Source: Candidatus Shapirobacteria bacterium
GTDB taxonomy: Bacteria; Patescibacteriota; Microgenomatia; UBA12405; BS750m-G30
Assembly: GCA_043817235.1 (NCBI GenBank)
Contig: JBDRHA010000008.1
Location: 112 to 64,111, forward strand
DNA length: 64,000 nucleotides
Direction of reading: 5' to 3'
Shown: in pieces, positions 55,403-64,000 of the stretch
Position numbering within the stretch: the stretch's first letter is position 1
Layout of the letters: each line of letters begins with the position of its first letter
Position numbers and translations under genes: made by a program
Notes under the pieces: generated by a model
Database searches by the model: none
Told to the model about the DNA's origin: nothing
What the model saw: only the letters and a program-made list of their open reading frames with translations

Positions 55403-56831
55403 CTTTATATAATTTTACTCCAGTTAAAGAATTTCCATAGATTAAAGGCAAGGACGCATATTTTTTTGGAAGCGGCGCATCATTGCCCAGCAATACATAA
55501 GTATATTCTTCTTGAGAACAAAAACTTGCCCAAGACTCGTGAGCAAAAGGAAAATCAACATAATAAAGATTATGAATTCCGTAAATTAATACCTGATCAT
55601 CTTTTGTAATATTTCTCTGAAAATAGCCATCAGTATCATAAAAATCGCCAAATCTAAAATTCAGATTTTGAGTTAAAAATTCAGATTTAGTTTCTCTTCC
55701 TAAGATGACCGGAAGAAACTTGACATTGCTCACCGATCTAATCCCCAAATGCAAAAGAGAAACAAAAAAGACTGAACTTATTAAAACTTTTTCCAGTTTT
55801 TCTTTTATTTTAATATCACAAAAAGGCAAACAAAATACACTTAGAATAAAAATTATTAAAGGAGGCGTAAAAGGCAGCAAGTAGCGAATAGAATGGGCTG
55901 GAGTAAAAAACCAATAAATAATTTGGAAAAAGGAAAGTAAAGAAATGATTTTTACTAATCTTGGTCTTTTTATTAGTCCAATCAAAGCTAGGGGCAAGAA
56001 TATAAGAAAAATTGGTGTAAACAAGCTGTCTGATAAGAAAGTAAACTCCCAAGGGATAAAAAATATTTTTAAAAAGCTTCTCTCAATAAGCGGGTAAGCT
56101 GACCGGGCATAGTCAGTAAATAAGGGGTAAAAGGGGTTACCAGTATATAAATAGGTGCGCAAATACCAAGGAAAAGAAACAAGAAGGGCAGGCAGAATAA
56201 TTTTTAACCAAGCAACTATTCCCCTTTTTAAGCTTTTTCCGGCAATAATTAAAATAATTAGATAAATAAATAAACTTCCCCAAGAAAGAAACTTAATAGA
56301 TAAAGAAAATCCAAGGGCAATACCCAAAGGATAAAGAAATATGTCTTTTCTCTTTTGAAACCAAAGAATAAAAAAATTTAACGCCAAAAGCTCAAAAAAA
56401 ACTACAGCCAAATCAACATAAGCAGTAATTGATAGCCAGCCGACAACCGGAGTAAGATAAAAAATCATTACGCCCAGTAAAGATATCTGAACTTCATAAA
56501 AGCGGCGCAAAACTTTATATAAAAGAAATGCACAGAGCAAGCCAAACGCCCAATGAATTATTTTGGCTAAAATCTCTCCCTGAAGAGCCAAGGCTCCGGT
56601 ATAAATTAGCTCCATTAGTCCCGGCTGTCCACTTGCATAAAGAAGACCGCCAGGGATAACCGGCATTTTCCCCCATAATAAATAAAGCTTAGGCAGAGTC
56701 AGATGATAAAACAAAGCGTCAAAGGAAAGCTCCGGACCCAAAGCTCCGATTAAATTAACTAAAGCTCCTATAATTATTAACGCCAGTGAAGCACCAGCCA
56801 TAAATATAAAACCAAAATAATAATTAGCCAA
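55383..56831 (-). CDS. GT39/GT83-like (ArnT/PMT-like) membrane glycosyltransferase
   Basis: 482 aa polytopic membrane protein; size, topology and neighbourhood (GT2 genes, O-antigen ligase) suggest family. Confidence 0.4.
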   Translation of the reverse strand: MANYYFGFIFMAGASLALIIIGALVNLIGALGPELSFDALFYHLTLPKLYLLWGKMPVIPGGLLYASGQPGLMELIYTGALALQGEILAKIIHWAFGLLCAFLLYKVLRRFYEVQISLLGVMIFYLTPVVGWLSITAYVDLAVVFFELLALNFFILWFQKRKDIFLYPLGIALGFSLSIKFLSWGSLFIYLIILIIAGKSLKRGIVAWLKIILPALLVSFPWYLRTYLYTGNPFYPLFTDYARSAYPLIERSFLKIFFIPWEFTFLSDSLFTPIFLIFLPLALIGLIKRPRLVKIISLLSFFQIIYWFFTPAHSIRYLLPFTPPLIIFILSVFCLPFCDIKIKEKLEKVLISSVFFVSLLHLGIRSVSNVKFLPVILGRETKSEFLTQNLNFRFGDFYDTDGYFQRNITKDDQVLIYGIHNLYYVDFPFAHESWASFCSQEEYTYVLLGNDAPLPKKYASLPLIYGNSLTGVKLYKVANEKN

Positions 56832-57622
56832 ATCAAATACAAGCTATAACCAGCCTTTTCCCAGAAAAAACTTTTCTTTTTGCTTGATTGCCAAAGCTTA
56901 GCACGTGTTAAAAAAGAATGAAAAGACATTGCCATTGCAAAAATAAAACCAGCTGTTTTGTCCCGAAAGCCCTGCAGCCAAAAGTAATTTTTTAAGAATT
57001 TTCCCAAAGGAAAAGCAATGATCATAGATAAAGAACTTTTTTCTCCTTTTTTGGCTAACTCCTGGGCTTTTAGGCCAGAATAAAAATTTATTTTAGCAAG
57101 CAAATCACTTAATTCTCTGTGAGGATAATGAAGAAGAGGATTTTGAAAAAACCCTGTTTTTCCTTTTACTATCCATTCTTCATGAACCCTGCCTTTCCAT
57201 TTGCCAGCAGATTTTTTGGCCAAGCGTAAAAGTTTTACATGGGCAGTCTCGCCAAAATTCAGTTTTTGGTTAAGAAAATAATCCTGGCGAAAAAAATAAA
57301 AACCCTTATTCTTCTCTTTATTAGCGTTTCTTAGATGTCGCACAATTTCTTGTGAGAGAGAGGGGGTAACTTTTTCATCAGCATCCAAAAAAAATACCCA
57401 TTCGTTTTTCGCTTTTGCTAAGCCAAAATTTCTTTGCGAGGAAAAATCTTGATTCAAGTGCTTTTTGTAAACAGCCGCTCCCCTGCTCCGGGCAATTTTT
57501 GCCGTGTTGTCGGTGGAATAATCATCAATAACAATGATCTCATCGCAAAACCTAAGCGATTCTAAACATTTTTTAATCCGTCCTTCCTCATCTTTCGCAA
57601 TCACCACCCCCGATATTTTCAT
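56777..57622 (-). CDS. Glycosyltransferase family 2 with C-terminal TM anchor
   Basis: 281 aa; ISGVVIAKDEE...IIVIDDYSTDNT...FLDADE (DxD). Confidence 0.75.
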   Translation of the reverse strand: MKISGVVIAKDEEGRIKKCLESLRFCDEIIVIDDYSTDNTAKIARSRGAAVYKKHLNQDFSSQRNFGLAKAKNEWVFFLDADEKVTPSLSQEIVRHLRNANKEKNKGFYFFRQDYFLNQKLNFGETAHVKLLRLAKKSAGKWKGRVHEEWIVKGKTGFFQNPLLHYPHRELSDLLAKINFYSGLKAQELAKKGEKSSLSMIIAFPLGKFLKNYFWLQGFRDKTAGFIFAMAMSFHSFLTRAKLWQSSKKKSFFWEKAGYSLYLIWLIIILVLYLWLVLHWR

Positions 57623-58491
57623 TTTTTAAATAAAAACTTATATATTCTTAGCAACATATTATCAATTGCAAATAGCAAGCTTAAGCCCTCCCCTCTCGCG
57701 CCAAACCATTTTTTTATAAAATGCTTTTTTGAATTATCCCACGCCTTTTGGTTTATTTTTCCTTTCTTGTTTCGATTGCTACCTCCATGAAAATGCTTAG
57801 CCTTAGCGTTAGCTACATAATATATCTTATAATTAAGATTGTTTGCCCTAATACAAAAATCATAATCCTCAAGATAAAGGAAATAATTTTCGTCAAATTT
57901 TCCAATTTTTAAAAAATCTTTTTTAGAAAACATCATTAAGTTACACGATACTCCAAAAACATTAATATTTTTTTTAGTTCTTAATAATCTTTCATTCCAA
58001 AAATTGTTTGAAAATTTATTTTTCGGAAATATTTTTTTTAATGACGTAAATTCAAAAGCCAAGGTTTTAAAATCAGGAGCGTTGACTACTGTTTTTAAGA
58101 TGTCCTTGTTCCTCCAAGACAAACTTCTCCCGCCAAGAATAATCTTTTCTTCCTCCATGTGATCAAAGTAAAAGCTATAGATATTTTTAATAAAGTTTCT
58201 GTCCAAAACAGTATCTGGATTAATTAAAATAATTAACTCGCTGGTTGCTTGCTTAATTGCAATATTCACAGCATTTGCAAACCCTATATTTTCCGATCCC
58301 TGGATATATTTTCTCTTTACTTTTCTTAATTTAATTGATTCTTTAGAAAAAATATTCCTTGGTGATATTGGAGAATTATTATCGTACAAAATTATTTCAT
58401 CGGGAGCATAGCTTTGATTAGATATTGATTTCAAACATTTTTCTAAAAAAATATTACTTTTGAAAGAAATTATTATTATCGACAAGCTCAT
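57619..58491 (-). CDS. Glycosyltransferase family 2
   Basis: 290 aa; LSIIIISFKS...ILYDNNSP...LINPDT motifs of GT2. Confidence 0.7.
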   Translation of the reverse strand: MSLSIIIISFKSNIFLEKCLKSISNQSYAPDEIILYDNNSPISPRNIFSKESIKLRKVKRKYIQGSENIGFANAVNIAIKQATSELIILINPDTVLDRNFIKNIYSFYFDHMEEEKIILGGRSLSWRNKDILKTVVNAPDFKTLAFEFTSLKKIFPKNKFSNNFWNERLLRTKKNINVFGVSCNLMMFSKKDFLKIGKFDENYFLYLEDYDFCIRANNLNYKIYYVANAKAKHFHGGSNRNKKGKINQKAWDNSKKHFIKKWFGARGEGLSLLFAIDNMLLRIYKFLFKK

Positions 58492-58544
58492 GACAACAGT
58501 TTAATTATTGACAAACTATTTTAACATCTTTATTTTTATGTTGG

Positions 58545-60992
58545 ATGAATAATAAAAAATTGAGACATGTGCTGTTTTTATTCCTCCTTCCGTTCTCTTT
58601 AGCTTTAAAGCCGAAAATTTCTTTTGCCCAAACCATTCTTTTCTACGACAATTTTGACTCAGCTAGGGAAAACTGGAAAATACAGAGTCAAAATTGGAAT
58701 GTAATAGACCTTTTGGGAAATGGCGTATTACAAACTAGTTTTTTTCCAACAGACACTCAGGCATTAATCTTCCCTGATAATCTAGATTCCCATAATTGGC
58801 AAAATTATTCCGTAGAGGCTTCCTTGTACAGCATTAATGGGGTAGATCAAATGGTATGGATACGAACACAAGAAAATAACGGCAGCTATAGTTACTATTC
58901 TGTTAACCTCAGAGCGAAAGGCTGGGTAGACTCCGACAACATAAGAGTAAAAAAGGTCATAGATGACTCTCATGTATGGCTAGATCAGCTTAATCCTCCT
59001 GAAATTGGCTGCAGCATAGAAAATGATTATTTTTACAACATAATATTTAGTGCAATTGAGGATAAAATATCTTTACAAATAAAATGCCCTTCTGATTCTG
59101 AGTATCGTTTAATTTATGAAAAAATAGACTCAGATCCAATAGTCAAAGGGGGGTTTGCATTGCAAGCCTGGAGTGGTCACTGGTATATGGGCGTAGAGAA
59201 AATTTTTGACAACATCAGAGTTTCAGGTTTTGACCAAACGGAAAAATCAATTATCATCCTTCCAGGATTGGGGGCGTCGTGGAACACGGAAGCAATTCTT
59301 CTGGACAAAGAAAAGCCACAAGGTCAATGGCAAATGACGCCTTTTGTAAATATTTATGACAACTTGGTGGGTTCTCTAGAAAACAATGGATACCAAATAG
59401 GAAACGATTTATTTATTTTTAACTACGACTGGAGACAACCAGTAAACCAAATAGCCCAAGATCTGGATGCTTATATTGACAATAATCTTAGTAATCAGGA
59501 AGTGGACTTAATCGGCCATAGCCTTGGAGGGTTAGTAGCCCGAGCTTGGTGGCAAGACAATAACGACGAACAAGTAGGCAAAATTATCACCTTGGGATCT
59601 CCCCATCAGGGAGTATTGCAAGCTTATGAAGCTTTAGCCGGCGGAAAAATCAGCTCTGATTTTTCCTGGGGCGCCGGAGCCTTAAATATTCTTTTAAATT
59701 TAAGATATCCTCACTATAAAACAACCGCCCAGATCCTCCAAAAAGAAGTACCAGTGTTATTTGACTTGATGCCGGTTTTTGACTTTCTTAAAAAAGGCAG
59801 AAATAACATACCTTGGGAAAACTTAAGCTTTACTAATAACTGGCTAAAAGACAGTAATGATTCTCTTGCTGATTTAGATAAGCTTAATTTCATTAGTGGC
59901 AATAACGGAAAGAACGTAAACGAGTTATTTTTAGTAAAGTCCCCTACTTTGATAGAAGACTTGCTTGGTCTTTGGCCCGATGGCGTTCCTTATCGTTATT
60001 ATCAAGGAGACGGCGACTCAACTGTACTTTTAAAAAGCACTTTCTTAGAACCAAAAAATTCTTCTGTTTATTCGCTTAATCATCGCCAAATTATTTCCGA
60101 TTCCTCTGCAATAGAAAAAATATTTGAGCTTCTTAATATAAGTCCCCAAACAATTATCCAAAACGAGCCTTATTCAATAGATAATACCTTAGTCTTTTTA
60201 ATTGCCTCACCGGCATATTTACAGATTACTTCTCCGGATAAAAAGATCTATTTATCCGATCCTCAAGGTTTCATTGTAATCCCTTCTCCCCTAGCTGGCG
60301 ACTACCAAGCGGAAATTACAGGCACCGGAAACGGCGAATATCATTTTCTAATTGGGCAACTATTTTCTGATCAGCTTTGGGATGAATATCAAGGAACAAT
60401 AGAAAACGGAAGCACAATAAATTATTTACTTAGCATAGACCCTAATAGCCCTCAAAAAAATCCGATCGCCAATCAGAAGGAAAACCAGCTGAATGCGGCT
60501 CTAATTGAAATTAAAAATCTTCAAGAAAAATCAGCAAGTAAGTTTTTAGGCAAAGCCCGAGCAGAAATAGAAAAGGCGATTAATAAATCCCAAGGAAAAA
60601 ATTGGGCCCAGGCTATTATAAGCGTAAAAAAAGCGATTAATTATTTGTTTTCCTTTCGCAAGGAGCAAGCTGATTTATATAGTTTAAAACAAAGTGAAAA
60701 ATCGCTTTACCTGCTTTCTCAAGCGCTTTCGGTTTTATTGAAAAACGAGAGAAAGATTAATCCTTCCACTGCTAAAAAGGACTATCTCCAGGCCCAAAAA
60801 CAACAGTCTTTGGGCTGGCAGAAAATTCGCTTACTGCAAAGAAGAAAAAGTTTAAATGATTTAACCTTGGTCGCTAATCAAACAGGCGCCAAATTCTTAG
60901 AAAAAGCTAAAGATTATTTGGCCAAAAAAGATTTGGAATCTTTGTCTGCCTTTTCCTTTACCTCTTCCCGCTTTTTTAGGGAATTTTACTAA
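58545..60992 (+). CDS. Secreted multidomain alpha/beta-hydrolase (lipase/esterase, GHSLGG nucleophile elbow) with N-terminal ConA-like lectin/glucanase-like domain
   Basis: 815 aa; signal peptide; DLIGHSLGGLVARAWW serine-hydrolase motif; N-terminal beta-sandwich domain; C-terminal helical tail. Confidence 0.55.
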   Translation: MNNKKLRHVLFLFLLPFSLALKPKISFAQTILFYDNFDSARENWKIQSQNWNVIDLLGNGVLQTSFFPTDTQALIFPDNLDSHNWQNYSVEASLYSINGVDQMVWIRTQENNGSYSYYSVNLRAKGWVDSDNIRVKKVIDDSHVWLDQLNPPEIGCSIENDYFYNIIFSAIEDKISLQIKCPSDSEYRLIYEKIDSDPIVKGGFALQAWSGHWYMGVEKIFDNIRVSGFDQTEKSIIILPGLGASWNTEAILLDKEKPQGQWQMTPFVNIYDNLVGSLENNGYQIGNDLFIFNYDWRQPVNQIAQDLDAYIDNNLSNQEVDLIGHSLGGLVARAWWQDNNDEQVGKIITLGSPHQGVLQAYEALAGGKISSDFSWGAGALNILLNLRYPHYKTTAQILQKEVPVLFDLMPVFDFLKKGRNNIPWENLSFTNNWLKDSNDSLADLDKLNFISGNNGKNVNELFLVKSPTLIEDLLGLWPDGVPYRYYQGDGDSTVLLKSTFLEPKNSSVYSLNHRQIISDSSAIEKIFELLNISPQTIIQNEPYSIDNTLVFLIASPAYLQITSPDKKIYLSDPQGFIVIPSPLAGDYQAEITGTGNGEYHFLIGQLFSDQLWDEYQGTIENGSTINYLLSIDPNSPQKNPIANQKENQLNAALIEIKNLQEKSASKFLGKARAEIEKAINKSQGKNWAQAIISVKKAINYLFSFRKEQADLYSLKQSEKSLYLLSQALSVLLKNERKINPSTAKKDYLQAQKQQSLGWQKIRLLQRRKSLNDLTLVANQTGAKFLEKAKDYLAKKDLESLSAFSFTSSRFFREFY

Positions 60993-61066
60993 AACCTGTC
61001 CAACTCTTTACGAAAAAACTCGGACTGACTTCAAAAGAATATTGTCATAGCTCCGTTATCCATAAA

Positions 61067-61828
61067 TTACTTTTTCTTACAAACAAAGATAAAACTGCAA
61101 GGCACTTTCTTTGCCTTTTGAATTGAATAGTGTCTTGTCGGGTCATTGTGGCCTCTACTCAAATTTTTTGGTTTCGGCTCGTGGTAGCCAGCAATCTCAA
61201 ATCCAGCATTTCGCAGGAGTTTAAACCAAGTAGAAGTTTTGCGATAAGTAATATTCGCTGTTGCCCCTTCTTTTTTCCAATTTTTTATCGCAAGCGAATT
61301 TTCCTTGTGGTAACCGTAAACGACAATAAATTTTTTATCTTCGTATTGAACATTAGTGAAAAAAGTATGATCCCAGCTCCAAACAAATAGTCCTCCAGGC
61401 TTCAGGTATGAGTAAATATTTTTTAGCGTCTTTTCTGGCTCTGGTGTCCAGCCGATAGCGTAAATAGAAAAAACAAAATCCACCGGATCAATATCAATTT
61501 TTTCTTCCATTGGGCCTTGGATTAGCTCGACTTTCCCTTGTTTTATTTCTTTTTGGTTGTGTGCAGTCGTTGCTTCGATCTGTTTTGCCGACACATCAAG
61601 TCCGTAAACTTTTTTCGCACCTCTTTCAGTTAAATATTTTATCGAACGACCGCTTCCACAACCAATTTCAAGAAAAGTTTTACTCTCAATTTCTGGAATA
61701 AGATTAAGGTCGTCGCCGATTCCAAATGGTCCCCAAACTGGCAATGCACTTGCGTTGACGAATAAATCGGCTACCTTGTCCCAAGTTTTTTGATTTTCGG
61801 AAATTATTTTCAGAGAAGAATCGTTCAT
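61067..61828 (-). CDS. Class I SAM-dependent methyltransferase
   Basis: 253 aa; motif I FLEIGCGSGRS, motif post-I YGLDVS. Confidence 0.75.
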   Translation of the reverse strand: MNDSSLKIISENQKTWDKVADLFVNASALPVWGPFGIGDDLNLIPEIESKTFLEIGCGSGRSIKYLTERGAKKVYGLDVSAKQIEATTAHNQKEIKQGKVELIQGPMEEKIDIDPVDFVFSIYAIGWTPEPEKTLKNIYSYLKPGGLFVWSWDHTFFTNVQYEDKKFIVVYGYHKENSLAIKNWKKEGATANITYRKTSTWFKLLRNAGFEIAGYHEPKPKNLSRGHNDPTRHYSIQKAKKVPCSFIFVCKKK

Positions 61829-61922
61829 AAGATTATTTTAAAAGCTCATTAGCCTAAACATCAAGGCATTTACTAAATGCACCTAGTATTGGTGCGTTTG
61901 TTTGACGAAATCCGAACCTTTT

Positions 61923-62041
61923 TTGAACGGAACTGACGGCGCGCTTCGCGCGCCAAACTGAACGCTCGGGCGGGCAAAAAGGAAGGGGGTTGGGGGGAAG
62001 GAATTTTTGCCTGCCCTCGCTTTCCGCCGCCGCCGAATTTC
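61923..62041. repeat. Left arm of long GC-rich inverted repeat (partner at 63882-64000)
   Basis: 119 bp, reverse complement of 63882-64000 with 3 mismatches; contains ggcgcgc-ttc-gcgcgcc hairpin and G-run ggaagggggttggggggaagg. Confidence 0.75.
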
Positions 62042-62069
62042 TTGCCAACAAAGTTGGCGCGCCGCTAAC

Positions 62070-62405
62070 TTATTGTAAACCAAACAATAATCTTACGCCA
62101 ACTCCAACAAAAATTGAAAACACGTTCGCTATCCCCGAAACAATCAGTGAACGCTTCCAGTTTAGGTTAAATGCTAATTTATACCAAATCATTTCTATTA
62201 GAAATACTCCAAACTCAACTGGAATATATGGTGCATTTTGCACACGCAAAAAATATATGACTAGAGGGTGAGTTAAAGAGTTGATAAGAAATATCGCAAC
62301 TATCCATTGCCAAATTTCCCTCGGGCGTTGTATCGCGAGAATGATTGCGATTTCCGAAATGATTGTCGTGGCGTACGCGAGCAAAATTGCATTTTCGATA
62401 AACAT
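62070..62405 (-). CDS. Small membrane protein (3-4 TM), unknown function
   Basis: 111-aa hydrophobic ORF within the IR-flanked cassette. Confidence 0.35.
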   Translation of the reverse strand: MFIENAILLAYATTIISEIAIILAIQRPREIWQWIVAIFLINSLTHPLVIYFLRVQNAPYIPVEFGVFLIEMIWYKLAFNLNWKRSLIVSGIANVFSIFVGVGVRLLFGLQ

Positions 62406-63553
62406 TATTTCTGGCGTTTTTTAAGTAAGAAGAAAATAATTATTCCGACAAGCGCAAGAATTGGTAAATAGACGTACACCCGCATTAACGGATTTTTAGA
62501 ATTAACAAGTAGATCAATTTTTTTCTCTGGTGTTGGCTCATCCAACGGCGTAGCTGTAGTTGAATTTTCAATGGTGGTAGTTACGGGAGTATTATTTACT
62601 GGTTCATTTGTGCTTATGAACGCAAGAATTTTTTTGATTAAAGAATCGTCTCTTTTCTGAATGGGCCCATAATCTCCGCTAATAGCCACAGCGTCTGGGT
62701 ACTTATTTATGACTTCTTGTGATAATCGGTCAATAGTGTTGAAATCTGTTTTATGAGAGTTAATAAATTCGCCGTAAGATGCTTTACATCCCATAAGTTC
62801 AATTGCTGAAAGTGGATCTAATTTTTTAGTTGCGTCAAAACTGAAATCCCTATTATTGCCGAGTTTCCAAATAATATTTTTTTCAGAAACATCGTTATAT
62901 TGAGTAACGCTGAGTTGATGTTCAACTCGGATACGAGTATCGCACGATTTAATTGTGCTTTCTAATTGTTTAGCAAGATTTGTATATAATGTTTTTATTT
63001 CAAGATAAGATTGGTCGTTTGATATTTTTTGTTCTTCCTCGGACATAGAAGAGATAAAGGCGGTTATGGGAATACCAAAATCATACTTGGTTGGGAAAAG
63101 ACTATTAGCAGTGATTCCTGTAAAATGAATGTCAGCTGATCGTGTAACGCCAAGCCCTCTATATTCATATGGCCACATTCTTACAATACTTTCACTCGCA
63201 GTAATGTCATCTGTTGGTTTGTATTTTGCGTAATCGCTATACTGCTGGCGTTCTTTGCCGTTTATTATTTGGACACGATAAAGATTTCCTCCCTCGTCAT
63301 CAATCTCATAACATTTTCCCTTTTCCAAAATAACCCACGGCTTACCGCGATTTTCACCCACTCGTTGAGAATAATCAAAAAGAAAGAAAAAATCGCTTTT
63401 TAAGTTTTCCGGATTTATAACGCTGAGACAAGTAATTTTATTGTCCTTTACCCAATAAGTGATATTTGGGCCTCCGTCGTCTGCCCTAACAATACTAACA
63501 ACTCCCAAACCCACCACTAACGAAATAATTACGCTTAAAAATATTTTTTTCAT
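62405..63553 (-). CDS. Secreted protein with C-terminal TM anchor, unknown function
   Basis: 382 aa; signal peptide, Thr/Pro-rich stalk and C-terminal TM plus basic tail (LLKKRQK). Confidence 0.4.
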   Translation of the reverse strand: MKKIFLSVIISLVVGLGVVSIVRADDGGPNITYWVKDNKITCLSVINPENLKSDFFFLFDYSQRVGENRGKPWVILEKGKCYEIDDEGGNLYRVQIINGKERQQYSDYAKYKPTDDITASESIVRMWPYEYRGLGVTRSADIHFTGITANSLFPTKYDFGIPITAFISSMSEEEQKISNDQSYLEIKTLYTNLAKQLESTIKSCDTRIRVEHQLSVTQYNDVSEKNIIWKLGNNRDFSFDATKKLDPLSAIELMGCKASYGEFINSHKTDFNTIDRLSQEVINKYPDAVAISGDYGPIQKRDDSLIKKILAFISTNEPVNNTPVTTTIENSTTATPLDEPTPEKKIDLLVNSKNPLMRVYVYLPILALVGIIIFFLLKKRQK

Positions 63554-63568
63554 ATATTTATTATAAAT

Positions 63569-63766
63569 TTATTTAATTAAATCATCAACGCTTACCTCAA
63601 GAGCATTTGCTATTTTCTTGAGTGTATCAAGCGTTGGATTTTGGTTTTTACCAGCTTCTATTTTAATAATTGTATTATTAGCGACATCGGCCAATCTCGC
63701 TAATTTTTCTTGAGAAAGCCCCTTGGCTTCCCTAAGTTTTCTAAGTGTTTTTGTAATATTTGACAT
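63569..63766 (-). CDS. XRE-family (Cro/CI-type) HTH transcriptional regulator
   Basis: 65 aa; LRKLREAKGLSQEKLARLADVANNTIIKIEAGK HTH_3 pattern. Confidence 0.75.
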   Translation of the reverse strand: MSNITKTLRKLREAKGLSQEKLARLADVANNTIIKIEAGKNQNPTLDTLKKIANALEVSVDDLIK

Positions 63767-63881
63767 ACTAATATCGTGATAGTAGAATTAAAATATAAGT
63801 GCTATTACCTTTCTATTACTTCAATGCTACACCAAAAATTAAAAATTGTAAACAGGCGGATCATTTAGCTAATCTAAATAC

Positions 63882-64000
63882 GAAATTCGGCGGCGGCGGA
63901 AAGCGAGAGCAGGCAAAAATTCCTTCCCCCCAACCCCCTTCCTTTTTGTCCGCCCGAGTGTTCAGTTTGGCGCGCGAAGCGCGCCGTCAGTTCCGTTCAA
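63882..64000. repeat. Right arm of long GC-rich inverted repeat (runs to window edge)
   Basis: Reverse complement of 61923-62041, 116/119 identical; may extend beyond the window. Confidence 0.75.

Noticed and set aside
61854-62083. ORFs 61854-62051 and 61883-62083 (minus strand)
   Set aside because: They lie entirely within the GC-rich inverted-repeat arm and have biased composition; treated as non-coding repeat.
1-64000. Possibility of TGA-to-Gly recoding (genetic code 25), as in some CPR lineages
   Set aside because: Long conserved genes (dnaE, ppsA, gatA/B, proS, polX) are uninterrupted under the standard code and several end with TGA; only two isolated in-frame stops were seen (TAA in hepT, TGA after the DUF457 ORF).
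1-64000. CRISPR arrays, rRNA genes, transposase genes
   Set aside because: No regularly spaced direct repeats, no rRNA-like conserved stretches and no transposase-like ORFs detected by eye in this window.

Overview
This 64-kb window is a low-GC, gene-dense bacterial chromosome segment. Its gene content looks Patescibacteria/CPR-like, but that is an inference from gene content only. Conserved genes are intact under the standard code and TGA/TAA/TAG all act as stops, so there is no evidence of code-25 recoding.

Core genes I can support from the sequence:
- Nif3-family, ASCH, DinB-like and AlkD-like DNA-repair genes, next to an MntA/HepT toxin-antitoxin pair.
- A four-tRNA cluster on the minus strand (Arg-TCT, His-GTG, Pro-TGG, Leu-CAG), plus tRNA-Glu, tRNA-Asp, tRNA-Gly and tRNA-Thr elsewhere.
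- An OppA-like substrate-binding protein, a probable SecG, and a secreted transglutaminase-like protein.
- lexA, a histidine phosphatase, enolase, PEP synthase, a holA-like gene, ruvC, rmlD/rmlC, rplS and dnaE.
- gatB, an MFS gene, gatA and gatC in one minus-strand block; a Cas4-like PD-(D/E)XK nuclease; htpX, lemA and polX.
- A six-gene minus-strand efflux block: MarR, MacA-like adaptor, MacB-like ATPase, FtsX permease and a two-subunit ABC exporter.
- NUDIX, an archaeal-type proS, a LysM protein, a DHFR-like protein, an APH-family kinase and a PPDK_N-type ATP-grasp protein.
- An envelope-glycosylation block (O-antigen-ligase-like, GT39-like, two GT2 genes), a large secreted lipase-like protein and a SAM methyltransferase.

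Accessory or unusual content:
1. A roughly 5-kb island at 38.4-43.5 kb. It carries a second LexA-like S24 repressor, a small GIY-YIG-like ORF, a ThsB-like TIR-like (DUF1863-type) protein directly followed by a 4-TM protein, a large serine recombinase and a PD-(D/E)XK-fold protein. The TIR-like plus 4-TM pair is a candidate novel Thoeris-like defence module.
2. A 1.85-kb three-gene cassette (XRE regulator, secreted anchored protein, small membrane protein) flanked by GC-rich inverted repeats of at least 119 bp at 97% identity.
3. A degenerate partial copy of tRNA-Asp, a YhbQ-type GIY-YIG ORF, an intact tRNA-Asp and a frameshifted fragment of a nuclease paralogue, all within about 900 bp.
4. A HepT toxin inactivated by a single nonsense codon beside an intact MntA antitoxin.
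5. Two repeat families: a roughly 150-bp palindromic intergenic element in three copies near 0.9-3.5 kb, and a bipartite element of about 100-130 nt at 38.4 and 47.9 kb.
6. A truncated bacterial-type proS and a truncated carbamoyltransferase that meet end to end, beside the intact archaeal-type proS.
7. A GC-rich 5' leader with two alternative helices, one of which sequesters the ribosome-binding site.
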